Source of the DNA: Alphaproteobacteria bacterium
Lineage (GTDB): Bacteria; Pseudomonadota; Alphaproteobacteria; Bin95
DNA length: 64,000 bases
Direction: 5' to 3'
NCBI GenBank assembly: GCA_963665325.3
Contig: OZ224045.1
Span: 576,001-640,000, forward strand
Positions within the stretch are counted from its first letter, which is position 1. The number at the start of each line of letters is the position of its first letter. The notes under the pieces were generated by a model. That model worked only from the letters and a program-made list of their open reading frames with translations. It was not told the origin of the DNA and made no database searches. Position numbers and translations under genes: made by a program. Positions 37,468 to 46,443 of this stretch are shown here, piece after piece.

Positions 37468-37953
37468 GGTGCCGTCTCCTTCGTGCCGATGAGGGGAAAC
37501 GGCGGCCGGACGCCCTCCCCGGACATCCGGCCGCCGCCCCGCTCACGGCCAACCCTCCCCTCTTGCCGGCGAGGAGCGCTCGGGCGGGGAGACCGGGATG
37601 GAAGGCGGCGGGCCGGCAACACGTGTCGGGGCGCGGACGCTGGCATTGGTCTGCGTCACGATTGCTGACGGCGGTATTAACCGTGCATCAGCTTATCGCT
37701 GCCCGGCGCGATCGCCCGTGAGTCGGAGCGAAAGATGACCGGGCGTCTGCGGCAGAACGGTTGAGCCCCGCGAGCCAAAGCGACTACAAGGCCACCATGG
37801 GTTTCGTTGCCCACAGGATCGCGAAGGGGTGTCGATGAGCGTGGAACCGGGACCGGCGGGACCGCGTTTCGTGTTACGTTGGTCGCGAGGTATCCGAGGG
37901 CGCGCGAGCGGCGGGCGGAGGTTCGATCGGGCAGGTCTTCAGGGAGCGAGCGC

Positions 37954-38241
37954 ATGAATAAGGCGGAACTTGTCGGCGACGTGGCCGCTCGAACCGGATT
38001 GAGCCGGACGGATGCGGCCGGCGCGGTGGATGCGGTGTTCGAGGCGGTCACCGAGTCGCTTGGCCGGCGGGAGGAAGTGAGGATCGCCGGGTTCGGCCGG
38101 TTCGCCACCAGGTCCCGGCCCGCCCGTACCGCACGCAATCCGCGCACGGGTGAGCCCGTTGCGGTGGCGGCTTCGACCGCGCCGTCGTTCAAGCCGGCCA
38201 GGGCGCTCCGCGAGACCGTGAACGGCGGAGCCTCCTCGTGA
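37954..38241 (+). CDS. hup: HU-family DNA-binding protein
   Basis: MNKAELV...GFGRF...RTARNPRTGE...PSFKPARALR. Confidence 0.95.
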   Translation: MNKAELVGDVAARTGLSRTDAAGAVDAVFEAVTESLGRREEVRIAGFGRFATRSRPARTARNPRTGEPVAVAASTAPSFKPARALRETVNGGASS

Positions 38242-38300
38242 GCCCGATCGGACCTTCGGTGCCAGAGTTCGTCATGTGCCGCGTTTGACGTCCGTGCAGA

Positions 38301-38430
38301 ATGCCCAAGGCACGTGATGCAATTCGCCTCGTCGAACGGGAGGGCTGGTCGCTAGTCCGGGTCAGCGATCGCCACCCAGCTTGAAGGGTTACAAATCGCC
38401 CCGGCTCACTGGAAGTGGGACACTGAACTT
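38301..38430 (+). pseudogene. Decayed HicA-like toxin remnant
   Basis: MPKARDAIRLVEREGWSLVRV, then broken frames; a GTLN-coding segment near 38417-38428. Confidence 0.45.
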
Positions 38431-38511
38431 GATGCCGCACGAAAGTATATGGTGGGCATTTCGCCTGTTTGGTGTGGCGGTACTGCGATAGCGCAAGGAA
38501 GTTCGTGGCTG

Positions 38512-38754
38512 TTACAAGTCCAACCTCCGTAGGAGATCCTGGATGCCGACTCCGTGATGCCGGGCGATGCTCTTCAGGATGCTGGACAGCGTCTTCGCCC
38601 GGAGCGGGTCGTGCAGCGGGATGACCTCATGGTGCTCGCCTCCGGTCTGCGTCGTGATACGCACGTGCGAGCCGCGTTGGCGCACTTGCTCATAGCCGAT
38701 GCGACGAAGCGCCGCCACCAGGGTGGCGCCGCTCACGTCGCGCGGCAACTTCAT
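38512..38754 (-). CDS. hicA: HicA-family mRNase toxin
   Basis: GYEQVRQRGSHVRI...IPLH...TLSSILK. Confidence 0.9.
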   Translation of the reverse strand: MKLPRDVSGATLVAALRRIGYEQVRQRGSHVRITTQTGGEHHEVIPLHDPLRAKTLSSILKSIARHHGVGIQDLLRRLDL

Positions 38755-38969
38755 GCCACCAGAACCTCGTCCCGTACGAAATGCAGCCGGATCAGGCTCG
38801 GGCGCTCCATGCCGTCGTCGAAGTAGCAGTCCACCGCTTCTCGCACGTTGCGGCGGAGGTCTTCGAGGCTGTCGCCTTGGGTGTGGATGCCAAAGCCGAG
38901 CGCGCCGGCCGAGTAACCACCGTCCAACTCGTCCTCACTGACTTCGAAGATGATCTCCGTCCCGGACAT
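38751..38969 (-). CDS. hicB: Short HicB-like antitoxin without a DNA-binding domain
   Basis: EIIFEVSEDELDGGYSA...IHTQGDSLEDLRRNVREAVDCYF; ATGA overlap with hicA. Confidence 0.85.
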   Translation of the reverse strand: MSGTEIIFEVSEDELDGGYSAGALGFGIHTQGDSLEDLRRNVREAVDCYFDDGMERPSLIRLHFVRDEVLVA

Positions 38970-39367
38970 TGGTGTCTCCACTTGCCGCTACGTTCATGCC
39001 GCCGCATTCGACGACCATCGCCCACAGTCGATCCTACCCTATGCGGAGCGGCGGTCGAGCGGATTCTTGTTTTGTCCGATCCGCGTGGGCGGTTTGCGGA
39101 GCAACGGACAAGGATATGGCTGTCCAGGCCCATGAATTCGGCATGGTTCCGGGGTTGAATTCAGCCGGTCGAATTGAAGACGGGCGCGCTATGGCCAGTC
39201 TGTGAGCCCTCGACAGTCCTGCGCTGAGTCTACCCGTCCAACGCTCCGTGAGCATTACTTACGGCTGGCCGACATGACCATATACAGAAACTGCGTGGGC
39301 CCAGGGGCCAGGGGGCACGGATCATGTCGCCGGTTGTCTGGTAGAATCAAGGAAGCGGGGCGCCTCC

Positions 39368-40564
39368 CTATAGAACATCGGCGGCAATGCTGACCGCTAT
39401 CCTCTCAGCGGATTCCCTGACCGAGTCACGCGCGAGATGCGCATAGCGCGCGGTGGTTTCTATCCTGCGGTGGCCGAGCAGCCGGCCGATGATCGGCAGG
39501 CCCTCGCCGAGCGCCAGCGCCCTGGACGCGAACGAATGTCGAATGTCGTGGATGCGCACGTCATCCAGCCCGGCCTTCGCGCGGATGCTCTGCCACGCCC
39601 CATCGATGTCGGCCATGTGCGTGCCCGGCTTCGCGCCCGGAACGACCCACGGATTGTCCGGTTCGCGCGGCAGGGCCGCGAGCACGTTCACCGCCGCCGG
39701 CGACAGGTGGACCGTGCGGTCGCCAGTCTTCCCGTTGACGATGCGCATCTCCGCCCTGTCGAGATCGACATGCTTCCAGGGCAGGGTCATGATCTCGTTC
39801 TTGCGGCAGCCCGTCAGCATCAGCAGGCGGATCGTCGTGACCGCCCCCGCCGATACCTGGCTGCCGTTCCCCGACACCTCGTCGAGCACCTGCCCGAGGC
39901 GGGTGAACTCGGCGTCGGTCAGGAAGCGCTCGCGCTTCTTCTTCGGGTTCATTGGAATCGACCGGCACGGATCGTCGTGGTCCTCGGGGACCATGTCCCA
40001 GCCCTTGGCGAGCTTGTACATGTAGGTCAGGGTCTCGACGACCATGTTGGCCATGGCGGGGATTTCGCACAGGCTCTCGTGCAGCGCCATGACGTGGCGC
40101 CGCTCCACCGCCGCGATCGGCAGCTTGCCGAGCGCCGGCACGATGTGGCGGTTGACGACGCTGCGCGCGGTGCGCTGCGTCTTCGGCTTGCAGCGGGCCG
40201 CGACATGCTCTTCGAGATAGCGCCGCCCCAGGTCGGCGACGGTCGGCCCGCCGGCGTGTTTCGCAGGGAGCGGCAGGGGCACCGGATCCTCGCCGGCCTT
40301 GACGCGCGCGATGATGAGCGCGGCCCGCTGGCGCGCCTCGGTGGCGCTCAGCACCGGATGGCGCCCGACCGTGATGCGCCTCGGCCGGTTGGGCCTGCCC
40401 GGCCCGTCGGGACCGCGCGCCTGGGCGACGAAGACCTTGCCGCCGGTCGGGTATACCCGGACGCCGAAGCCGGTCAGGGTGCGGTCCCAGAACACCGTGT
40501 CGCGCTCGACGAAAAGCGCCTCCACCGTGCGGTTGGAGAGCGTCCTGTATTGCAGCACCGCCAT
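39368..40564 (-). CDS. int: Tyrosine integrase B2 with N-terminal arm-binding (DUF4102-like) domain
   Basis: WDRTLTGFGVRVYPTGGK; TGCRKNE; GKTG; HDIRHSFAS; LLGH...TTARYAH. Confidence 0.95.
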   Translation of the reverse strand: MAVLQYRTLSNRTVEALFVERDTVFWDRTLTGFGVRVYPTGGKVFVAQARGPDGPGRPNRPRRITVGRHPVLSATEARQRAALIIARVKAGEDPVPLPLPAKHAGGPTVADLGRRYLEEHVAARCKPKTQRTARSVVNRHIVPALGKLPIAAVERRHVMALHESLCEIPAMANMVVETLTYMYKLAKGWDMVPEDHDDPCRSIPMNPKKKRERFLTDAEFTRLGQVLDEVSGNGSQVSAGAVTTIRLLMLTGCRKNEIMTLPWKHVDLDRAEMRIVNGKTGDRTVHLSPAAVNVLAALPREPDNPWVVPGAKPGTHMADIDGAWQSIRAKAGLDDVRIHDIRHSFASRALALGEGLPIIGRLLGHRRIETTARYAHLARDSVRESAERIAVSIAADVL

Positions 40565-40576
40565 CGCCCGCGCCTC

Positions 40577-41761
40577 CTATGCCGCCTCGGCGTCCGGCGC
40601 CGCGAGGTGGGCGCCGATGCTGTCTCCGGTGCGCGCCGCGGCGGCCTTCTCCGCGTCGTGCACGAGATGCGCATACCGGGCGGTGGTGCCGACCTTGGAA
40701 TGGCCGAGTATGCGCCCGATCATCGTCAGGCTCTCGCCGAGGGCCAGCGCGCGCGAGGCGTGCGAATGACGAAGATCGTGGATGCGCACGCCCTCGATGC
40801 CGGCATGGTCCTTGATGCGGTTCCAGTAGTAGGTGAGGTCGGGCAGGCAGATGCCGGGCTTCTGGCTCGGGATGACCCACGGATTGCCTTCGACGCGCTC
40901 GATGCCGTCGAGCACCTTCAGGGCCGGCGTGGTCAGCGGCACCATGCGCGGGCCACGCTTGCCGTCGCGGAGCCGGAACTCGCCGGCGGTGTGGTCGACG
41001 TCGTCCCATCGGAGTGTGAGGATCTCGGACTTGCGGCAGCCGGTCAGCATCAGCAGCCGGATCGCGGCGATCGCCGGCGGCCACATCCAGCCTCCGGCCT
41101 CGGCTTCCCTGAGCGCCGCGCCGACGCGGCGGTACTCCTCCGCCGTCAAGAACCGCTCGCGGGCCTGCTCGCGGTAGTGCCGGACCATCCTGCAGGGATT
41201 GCGGCCGCGGGGCACCAGTTCCCATGTCTCGGCGAGCGAGAACATCTTCGAGAGCATCGAGACGACGTGGTTGGCCATCGAGGGCGTGTTGCGCAGGCGG
41301 TCGTGGAGCTCGATGACGTGGCTCGACCGCACGTCCTTCACCGCCATGGTTCCGAGCGCGGGGACGATGTGCCGGTCGATGGCGGTGCGGTAGAGCTTCT
41401 CCGTCTTCGGCTTGCAGTGGACCTTCACGTAGGCGCGCATCGCGCGCGCCGCGAGGTCGGCGACGGTGGGGTCCGGTTCCGGCTTCGGAGGCAGCGGCTC
41501 CAGTCCGCGCTTGATGCGGTCGATGACCTCGGCCGCCTCGCGGCGTCTCTGATCGATCGCCTTCCCGGGGACGGGTCCAAGGGTGACGCGCTTGAGGCCG
41601 GCGGGACCGCGCGACTGGACGACATAGACCTTGCGGCCGTTACGCTGGACGCGGACGCCGAAACCGGCGAGGTCGCGGTCCCAATGAACGGCGTCCCTGC
41701 CGGTCGCCGGCAGGGCGGCGACGCTGCGGGTGGTGAGGCGGAGGGTGCTTCTCTTCGGCAT
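40577..41761 (-). CDS. int: Tyrosine integrase A2 with arm-binding domain
   Basis: WDRDLAGFGVRV; TGCRKSE; HDLRHSHAS; LGH...TTARYAH. Confidence 0.95.
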   Translation of the reverse strand: MPKRSTLRLTTRSVAALPATGRDAVHWDRDLAGFGVRVQRNGRKVYVVQSRGPAGLKRVTLGPVPGKAIDQRRREAAEVIDRIKRGLEPLPPKPEPDPTVADLAARAMRAYVKVHCKPKTEKLYRTAIDRHIVPALGTMAVKDVRSSHVIELHDRLRNTPSMANHVVSMLSKMFSLAETWELVPRGRNPCRMVRHYREQARERFLTAEEYRRVGAALREAEAGGWMWPPAIAAIRLLMLTGCRKSEILTLRWDDVDHTAGEFRLRDGKRGPRMVPLTTPALKVLDGIERVEGNPWVIPSQKPGICLPDLTYYWNRIKDHAGIEGVRIHDLRHSHASRALALGESLTMIGRILGHSKVGTTARYAHLVHDAEKAAAARTGDSIGAHLAAPDAEAA

Positions 41762-41820
41762 GGCGGTCCCCGGGGTCGCGGCGGCTCGATTCGGCTCCGA
41801 ATTGGAAGGTTGCAAATTGA

Positions 41821-41889
41821 GTCATCAAACCGCAAACGAGCGGCATCAACCTGTGGGGATAGCCTAGGCCGGCTCTGGCCTCAATTCAA
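41821..41889 (-). promoter_or_regulatory. Sigma70 promoter of int A2 (TTGAAT-N17-TAGGCT) followed by TTGATG direct repeats 21 bp apart (putative arm sites)
   Basis: -35 at 41884-41889, -10 at 41861-41866; layout conserved with 44040-44107. Confidence 0.7.
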
Positions 41890-41937
41890 GGGGTCGTGGG
41901 TGCCGAGGAAAGACAAAAACCTATGTAAGACGCTAAG

Positions 41938-42810
41938 TTAGACCGCACATGGCCGCGATAGGAACCAGGAGGACGTGGCTGGCCGGGGGAAGAAAAAATC
42001 GCCTGTCTTAGAATCGGGAAGGCGCAACTCGCCGGCATCGAGATCGACGTCCGTCCAGCGCAGCGCGAGGACCTCGCCCTTGCGGCAGCCGGTCAGCATC
42101 AGCAGGCGGATCGCCGCCGCCGCCACGGGAGAGGCGGTTCCGGCCTCCACGGCCTCGTCCAGCGCCCGCCCGAGCCGGGTGAACTCGGCGTCGGTCAGGA
42201 AGCGCTCGCGGCCGCGCTCGGGATGTTTCTCGATCGACCGGCACGGGTTGCAGCCCGCCGGCACAAGGCCCCAGCCTTCGCCCAGACGGTACATGTGCGC
42301 CAGGGTCTTGACCGCCCGGTTGGCCGCCACCGGGCGGCCGCTCAGCCCGCGGTGCAGCTCGACGACCTGCCTGCGCTCCACCGCCTCGACCGGCAGCCGG
42401 CCGAGGGCGGGCAGGATATGGCGGCGCAGCACGCCGCGGAGCTTCGCCTGCGTCCTCGGCTTGAGCCGGACCTCGACATGATCCTCCAGATAACGGGCCG
42501 CAAGGTCGGCCACGGTCGGGCCGCCCCTGGCGCGGGCCGCGAGCGGCAGCGCCACCGGGTCCTCGCCCGCCTTGATGCGCGTGACGATCAGCGCCGCCCT
42601 CCGGCGCGCCTCGTCGGCGTTGAGCACGCCGTGCCGGCCCACCGTCACCCGCTTCGGCCCCTCCGGCCCCCGCGCCTGGGCGATATAGACCTTGCCGCCG
42701 GTCGGATAGACCCGGACCCCGAAGCCGGTCACGGTCCGGTCCCAGAACACCGTGTCGCGCTCGACCGTCATGGCCGCCACGGAGCGGTTGGAGATCGTCC
42801 TCTGCTGCAT
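41938..42810 (-). pseudogene. int: Tyrosine integrase B1 truncated right after the DSKTG motif (no HxxR or catalytic Tyr)
   Basis: Paralogous to B2 up to LRLPDSKTG (~42001), then unrelated sequence to a stop. Confidence 0.9.
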
Positions 42811-42821
42811 CGCCGTTCCCC

Positions 42822-44006
42822 TCACGCCGCCTCGGCGTCGCCGGGCATGATCCAGGCGGCGATGCTGCCGCCGGTCCGGGCGGCCGCCGCCTTCTCGGCG
42901 TCGCGCACCAGGTGGGCGTATTTCGCGGTGGTGCCGACCCGGGCATGGCCGAGCAGGCGCCCGATGACCGGCAGGCCCTCGCCGAGCGCCAGCGCCCGGC
43001 TGGCGTAGGAGTGACGGCAGTCGTGGAGCCGCACGTCATGGAGCCCCGTCGCCTTCCTGACCCGCCGCCAGTGCCAGGACAGGCAGGCCAGACGGCTCTG
43101 CGGCTTCGCCCCCCTGAGCACCCAGGGAACGCCGTCCTCCCGCTCGATGCCGTCCAGCACCTTCAGCACCGGCCCGGTCAGCGGCACCATGCGCGGGCCC
43201 GTTTTCGAGTCGCGGAGCCGCAAGACCCGCGCCGCGCGGTCGATGTCGTCCCATTGCAGGGTCAGGATCTCGTCCGAGCGGCAGCCGGTCAGCATCAGCA
43301 GGCGGATCGCCGCGATGGCGGAGGGCTGCATCGAGCCCTCGGCCTCGAAGGTCTTCAGCACATCGCCGATGAGCCGGAACTCGTCCGGCGTCAGGAAGCG
43401 CTCGCGGGGCGTCTCGCGGTACTGGCGGACATGCCGGCAGGGGTTGCATCCGGGCGGGACCATCTCCCAGCTCTCGGCCAGCGCGAACATCTTCGAGAGC
43501 ACCCAGATCGCCTGGTTGGCCGCCGCCGGCGTATCGCGCAGTCCGTGGTGGAGCCCCGCCGCGTCTTCCGGCGCGACGTCCTTCAGCGCCTTGCTCCCCA
43601 GCGCCGGCAGGATGTGGCGCTCGATGGACATGCGGTAGTTCTTCGCCGTCCTCGGCTTGCAGCGCGCGGCGACATGGTCCTTCAGGCAGAGTGCCGCCAG
43701 GTCGGCGACGGTGGGCTCGGGCGCCGGTTCCGGCTGCTTCGGGTCCTCGCCCCGCTTGATGCGGTCGATGGCCGCCGCCGCCTCGCGGCGGCGCTCCTCC
43801 ACAGTCTTCTCACCGGCCGGCCCGAGCGTCGCCCGCTTCAGGCCTGCCGGTCCCCTCGACTGGACGATGTAGAGCTTGCGCCCGGTGGCGTGGACCCTGA
43901 CCCCAAAGCCGGCGAGGTCGCGGTCCCAGAAGATGGCGTCCTTGCCGCCGGGCTTGAGCCCGTCCACAATCCGCTTGGTCAGCCTGAGGGTGCTCCGTTT
44001 CGGCAT
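42822..44006 (-). CDS. int: Tyrosine integrase A1 with arm-binding domain
   Basis: Same length as A2 (394 aa) and same MPKRSTLRLT start; TGCRSDE; DSKTG; HDCRHSYAS; LLGH...TTAKYAH. Confidence 0.95.
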   Translation of the reverse strand: MPKRSTLRLTKRIVDGLKPGGKDAIFWDRDLAGFGVRVHATGRKLYIVQSRGPAGLKRATLGPAGEKTVEERRREAAAAIDRIKRGEDPKQPEPAPEPTVADLAALCLKDHVAARCKPRTAKNYRMSIERHILPALGSKALKDVAPEDAAGLHHGLRDTPAAANQAIWVLSKMFALAESWEMVPPGCNPCRHVRQYRETPRERFLTPDEFRLIGDVLKTFEAEGSMQPSAIAAIRLLMLTGCRSDEILTLQWDDIDRAARVLRLRDSKTGPRMVPLTGPVLKVLDGIEREDGVPWVLRGAKPQSRLACLSWHWRRVRKATGLHDVRLHDCRHSYASRALALGEGLPVIGRLLGHARVGTTAKYAHLVRDAEKAAAARTGGSIAAWIMPGDAEAA

Positions 44007-44039
44007 CGCCGCGCTCCGTCCCGAAATGCCCGCATATCG

Positions 44040-44107
44040 GTCATCAAACCGCATACGGACGACATCAAATCGGGGGCGATTGAAGGCGATGCTTGGCGGG
44101 AAGTCAA
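44040..44107 (-). promoter_or_regulatory. Sigma70 promoter of int A1 (TTGACT-N17-TTCAAT) followed by TTGATG direct repeats 21 bp apart
   Basis: -35 at 44102-44107, -10 at 44079-44084; GTCATCAAACCGCA is shared with 41821. Confidence 0.7.
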
Positions 44108-44214
44108 GGGTTCGGATGCCGGTGAGGACAGAAAAATACCATACATTACAACACTCTTTCACAATCGTGACACTGGACGGCGGGCGGCGGCAGTGATTGG
44201 CAACAATTCAATGC

Positions 44215-44259
44215 GACCCCGGCTCAAGTCCGGGGTGACAGTTAGGAGGCCGGGGTGAC
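44215..44259. repeat. REP-like palindrome GACCCCGGCTCAAGTCCGGGGTGAC plus a partial second copy
   Basis: CCCCGG-N7-CCGGGG-TGAC; CCGGGGTGAC is repeated at 44250-44259. Confidence 0.75.
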
Positions 44260-44293
44260 GGTTTTGGGGGCCGGGGCCAGGCTTCGGGAACTT

Positions 44294-44333
44294 CTTCATC
44301 CCGCGTAGCGGCGCAGCCGCGTATCGGGGGATG
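44294..44333. repeat. Degenerate second-family alphaproteobacterial palindromic repeat (TCATCC...GCGGCGCAGCCGCGT.TCG..GGATG)
   Basis: Nested palindrome downstream of the citE-like gene; family resemblance recalled from memory. Confidence 0.5.
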
Positions 44334-44343
44334 CGCCGCCGCC

Positions 44344-45234
44344 CTACCCCGCGCCCGCCCGCTCCGCCAGCGCCAGCACATGGCGGGCGGCCTTGAGGTG
44401 CGGCATGTCCAGCATCTTGCCGTCCAGCCCGACGGTTCCGGCCCCGCCGGCGTTCTCCATCGCTTCCACGACGCGCCGGGCATGGGCGATTTCGTCTTCG
44501 GTGGGCGCATAGGCGCTGTTGATCGGATCGACCTGCGCCGGGTGGATGGCCACCTTGCCGGTAAAGCCTGTCTTGCGACCCTGCAGCGCCTCGGCGTGCA
44601 GGCCGTCGAGGTCCCGGAAGTCGGGATAGACCGAGTCCACCGGCTCCGTGCCAGCTGCCTTGCATGCCGCCAGGCAGAGCGCGCGCGCTAACCGGTACAC
44701 GTCCTCATACTCGCCGTCAGGCGCTCGGTTGGTCGAGGCTCCGAGCGCCGCCGAGAGGTCCTCCGCACCCCAGGTCATGCCGTAGATGCGCGAGCTTGCG
44801 CCGGTGAAGCTGTCCATCGTGAAGAGCGAACGCGCCGTCTCGGTGGCGACGACGAGGATTTGCGTGGCTCCGGGCGCGACCTCTTCCCGCGTTTCCAGGG
44901 CCGAGAGATAGTTGTCGAGCCTGACGGCCTCGGCAGCGGAAAAGGTCTTCGGCAGCACGATCCCGTCCGGCGCGCCGGCCATCACGGCCGCGAGGTCCGG
45001 CAGCGCCAGTTCGGTGTCGAGCGGGTTGATCCTGACCCATAGCTGCTGGCTGCGGTCGTCCCGGTTGGCTTCCAGCCGTTCCCGGACCATCTGCCGCGCC
45101 ACGGGCAGGTTGGACTGCGCAACGGAATCCTCAAGGTCGAGGATCAGCGCGTCGGCCGGCACGCCGCGCGCCTTTTCGAATTTGCGCGCGCTGTCGCCCG
45201 GCACGAACAGAAAGCATCTGAGCGCGTCGGTCAT
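44344..45234 (-). CDS. CitE/HpcH-family CoA-ester lyase
   Basis: LFVPGDS...ADALILDLEDSV; WVRINP; GAEDL; GKVAIHPAQ; LDGKMLDMPH. Confidence 0.92.
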   Translation of the reverse strand: MTDALRCFLFVPGDSARKFEKARGVPADALILDLEDSVAQSNLPVARQMVRERLEANRDDRSQQLWVRINPLDTELALPDLAAVMAGAPDGIVLPKTFSAAEAVRLDNYLSALETREEVAPGATQILVVATETARSLFTMDSFTGASSRIYGMTWGAEDLSAALGASTNRAPDGEYEDVYRLARALCLAACKAAGTEPVDSVYPDFRDLDGLHAEALQGRKTGFTGKVAIHPAQVDPINSAYAPTEDEIAHARRVVEAMENAGGAGTVGLDGKMLDMPHLKAARHVLALAERAGAG

Positions 45235-45686
45235 GACGGACGCTTCTTCATCATGCCCTGGCGCTTGCAGCGGGCGACCTCTTCGCCGCGCTGGTTCAAC
45301 GCCCAATGCTCGAAGGTGACGATGCCCACCTCTGGCCGGGACCGGCTCTCCCGCTTGTCGAGGATCTTCGTGTAGGAGGTGATGGTATCGCCGTGGAAGA
45401 CCGGACTGCGGAAGACGCAGTCGGTCATGCCGAGATTGCCGACCGTCGTGCCGAGCGTAGTTTCCTCCACCGACACGCCGATCATCAGCCCCAATGTGAA
45501 GATCGAGTTGACCAGCCGCTGGCCGAATTGCGAGTTCTCCTTCGCAAATTCCTCGTCCAGATGAAGCGGCTGCGGGTTGTGGGTCAACGCCGTGAACAGG
45601 ATGTTGTCCATCTCCGTCACCGTGCGGGTGATCGGATGCTTCCACTCCATCCCGATTTCGAATTCCTCGTACCAAAGACCGGCCAT
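45231..45686 (-). CDS. MaoC-family dehydratase
   Basis: RTVTEMDNILFTALTHNPQPLHLD; PVFHGDTI. Confidence 0.92.
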   Translation of the reverse strand: MAGLWYEEFEIGMEWKHPITRTVTEMDNILFTALTHNPQPLHLDEEFAKENSQFGQRLVNSIFTLGLMIGVSVEETTLGTTVGNLGMTDCVFRSPVFHGDTITSYTKILDKRESRSRPEVGIVTFEHWALNQRGEEVARCKRQGMMKKRPS

Positions 45687-45738
45687 TGCCGCTTTCCTTC
45701 CCTTCCGTCTCTATTTCCGGCTGGCGGAGCGTGTTGTG

Positions 45739-46443
45739 TCAGCGCTTCTCGTATTGCGTCGAGCCGAACATGATCTCGCGTTCTTCCTCGGTCATGCCGC
45801 CCTGCCGGCGCCGGTCGGCCAGCACCGCGCAGCCGCGCTCTACCGCCGGGCGCGCTTCGATCTCCCGGAACCAGCGCGCAAGGTTGGGGTGCGCCTCGAG
45901 GTTCTGGCCCTGGTTTTCCCAGCTGCGGAGCCAAGGGTATGTGGCCATGTCGGCGATGGAATACTCGCCGCCGCCCAGCCATTCGCTCTCGCCGAGGCGG
46001 CGGTCGAGCACGTTATAGAGCCGTGTGCCCTCATTGACGTAACGGTCTATGGCATAAGGAATTTTCTCGACCGCATAGTTCCGGAAATGGTTTATCTGTC
46101 CCAGCATCGGACCCACATGGCCCATCTGGGTCATCAGCCATTGCAGGGTGCGGTAGCGCTCCGCCGGGTCGGTCGAAAGGAAGCGGCCCGTTTTTTCGGC
46201 CAGATAGATCAGCATCGCGCCGGATTCCGCGAGCGCAAAAGGCTTGCCGCCGGGACCCTCCGGATCGACCATCGCCGGCATCTTGTTGTTCGGGCTGATC
46301 TTCAGGAAGTCGGGCGCGAACTGGTCGCCCTTCCCGATATTGACCGGAATGACATTGTACCCGAGGCCCGTTTCCTCCAGCATGATATGGACCTTGTGGC
46401 CGTTCGGCGTGGGCCAGGTGTAGAGGTCTATGGCGGCGGTCAT
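45739..46443 (-). CDS. Glutathione S-transferase, YfcG-like
   Basis: TPNGHKV; ISPNNKMPA; ESGAMLIYLAEK; YSIADMA. Confidence 0.92.
   Translation of the reverse strand: MTAAIDLYTWPTPNGHKVHIMLEETGLGYNVIPVNIGKGDQFAPDFLKISPNNKMPAMVDPEGPGGKPFALAESGAMLIYLAEKTGRFLSTDPAERYRTLQWLMTQMGHVGPMLGQINHFRNYAVEKIPYAIDRYVNEGTRLYNVLDRRLGESEWLGGGEYSIADMATYPWLRSWENQGQNLEAHPNLARWFREIEARPAVERGCAVLADRRRQGGMTEEEREIMFGSTQYEKR

Larger units (their letters stand above)
1..44235. mobile_element. Integrative conjugative element (F-type T4SS, MOB-F relaxase, tyrosine integrases); left end lies outside the window; probably composite/nested
   Basis: Contiguous tra operon, T4CP, relaxase, oriT, excisionase and integrases; housekeeping genes begin at 44344. 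The right boundary is inferred. Confidence 0.88.

Noticed and set aside
38990-39360. Short ORFs between hicB and int B2
   Set aside because: Conflicting frames, atypical codon use and no recognisable homology.
44110-44340. tRNA, tmRNA or dusA integration target at the ICE boundary
   Set aside because: No cloverleaf/TPsiC-CCA pattern or dusA 5' coding motif was found; only REP-like palindromes.
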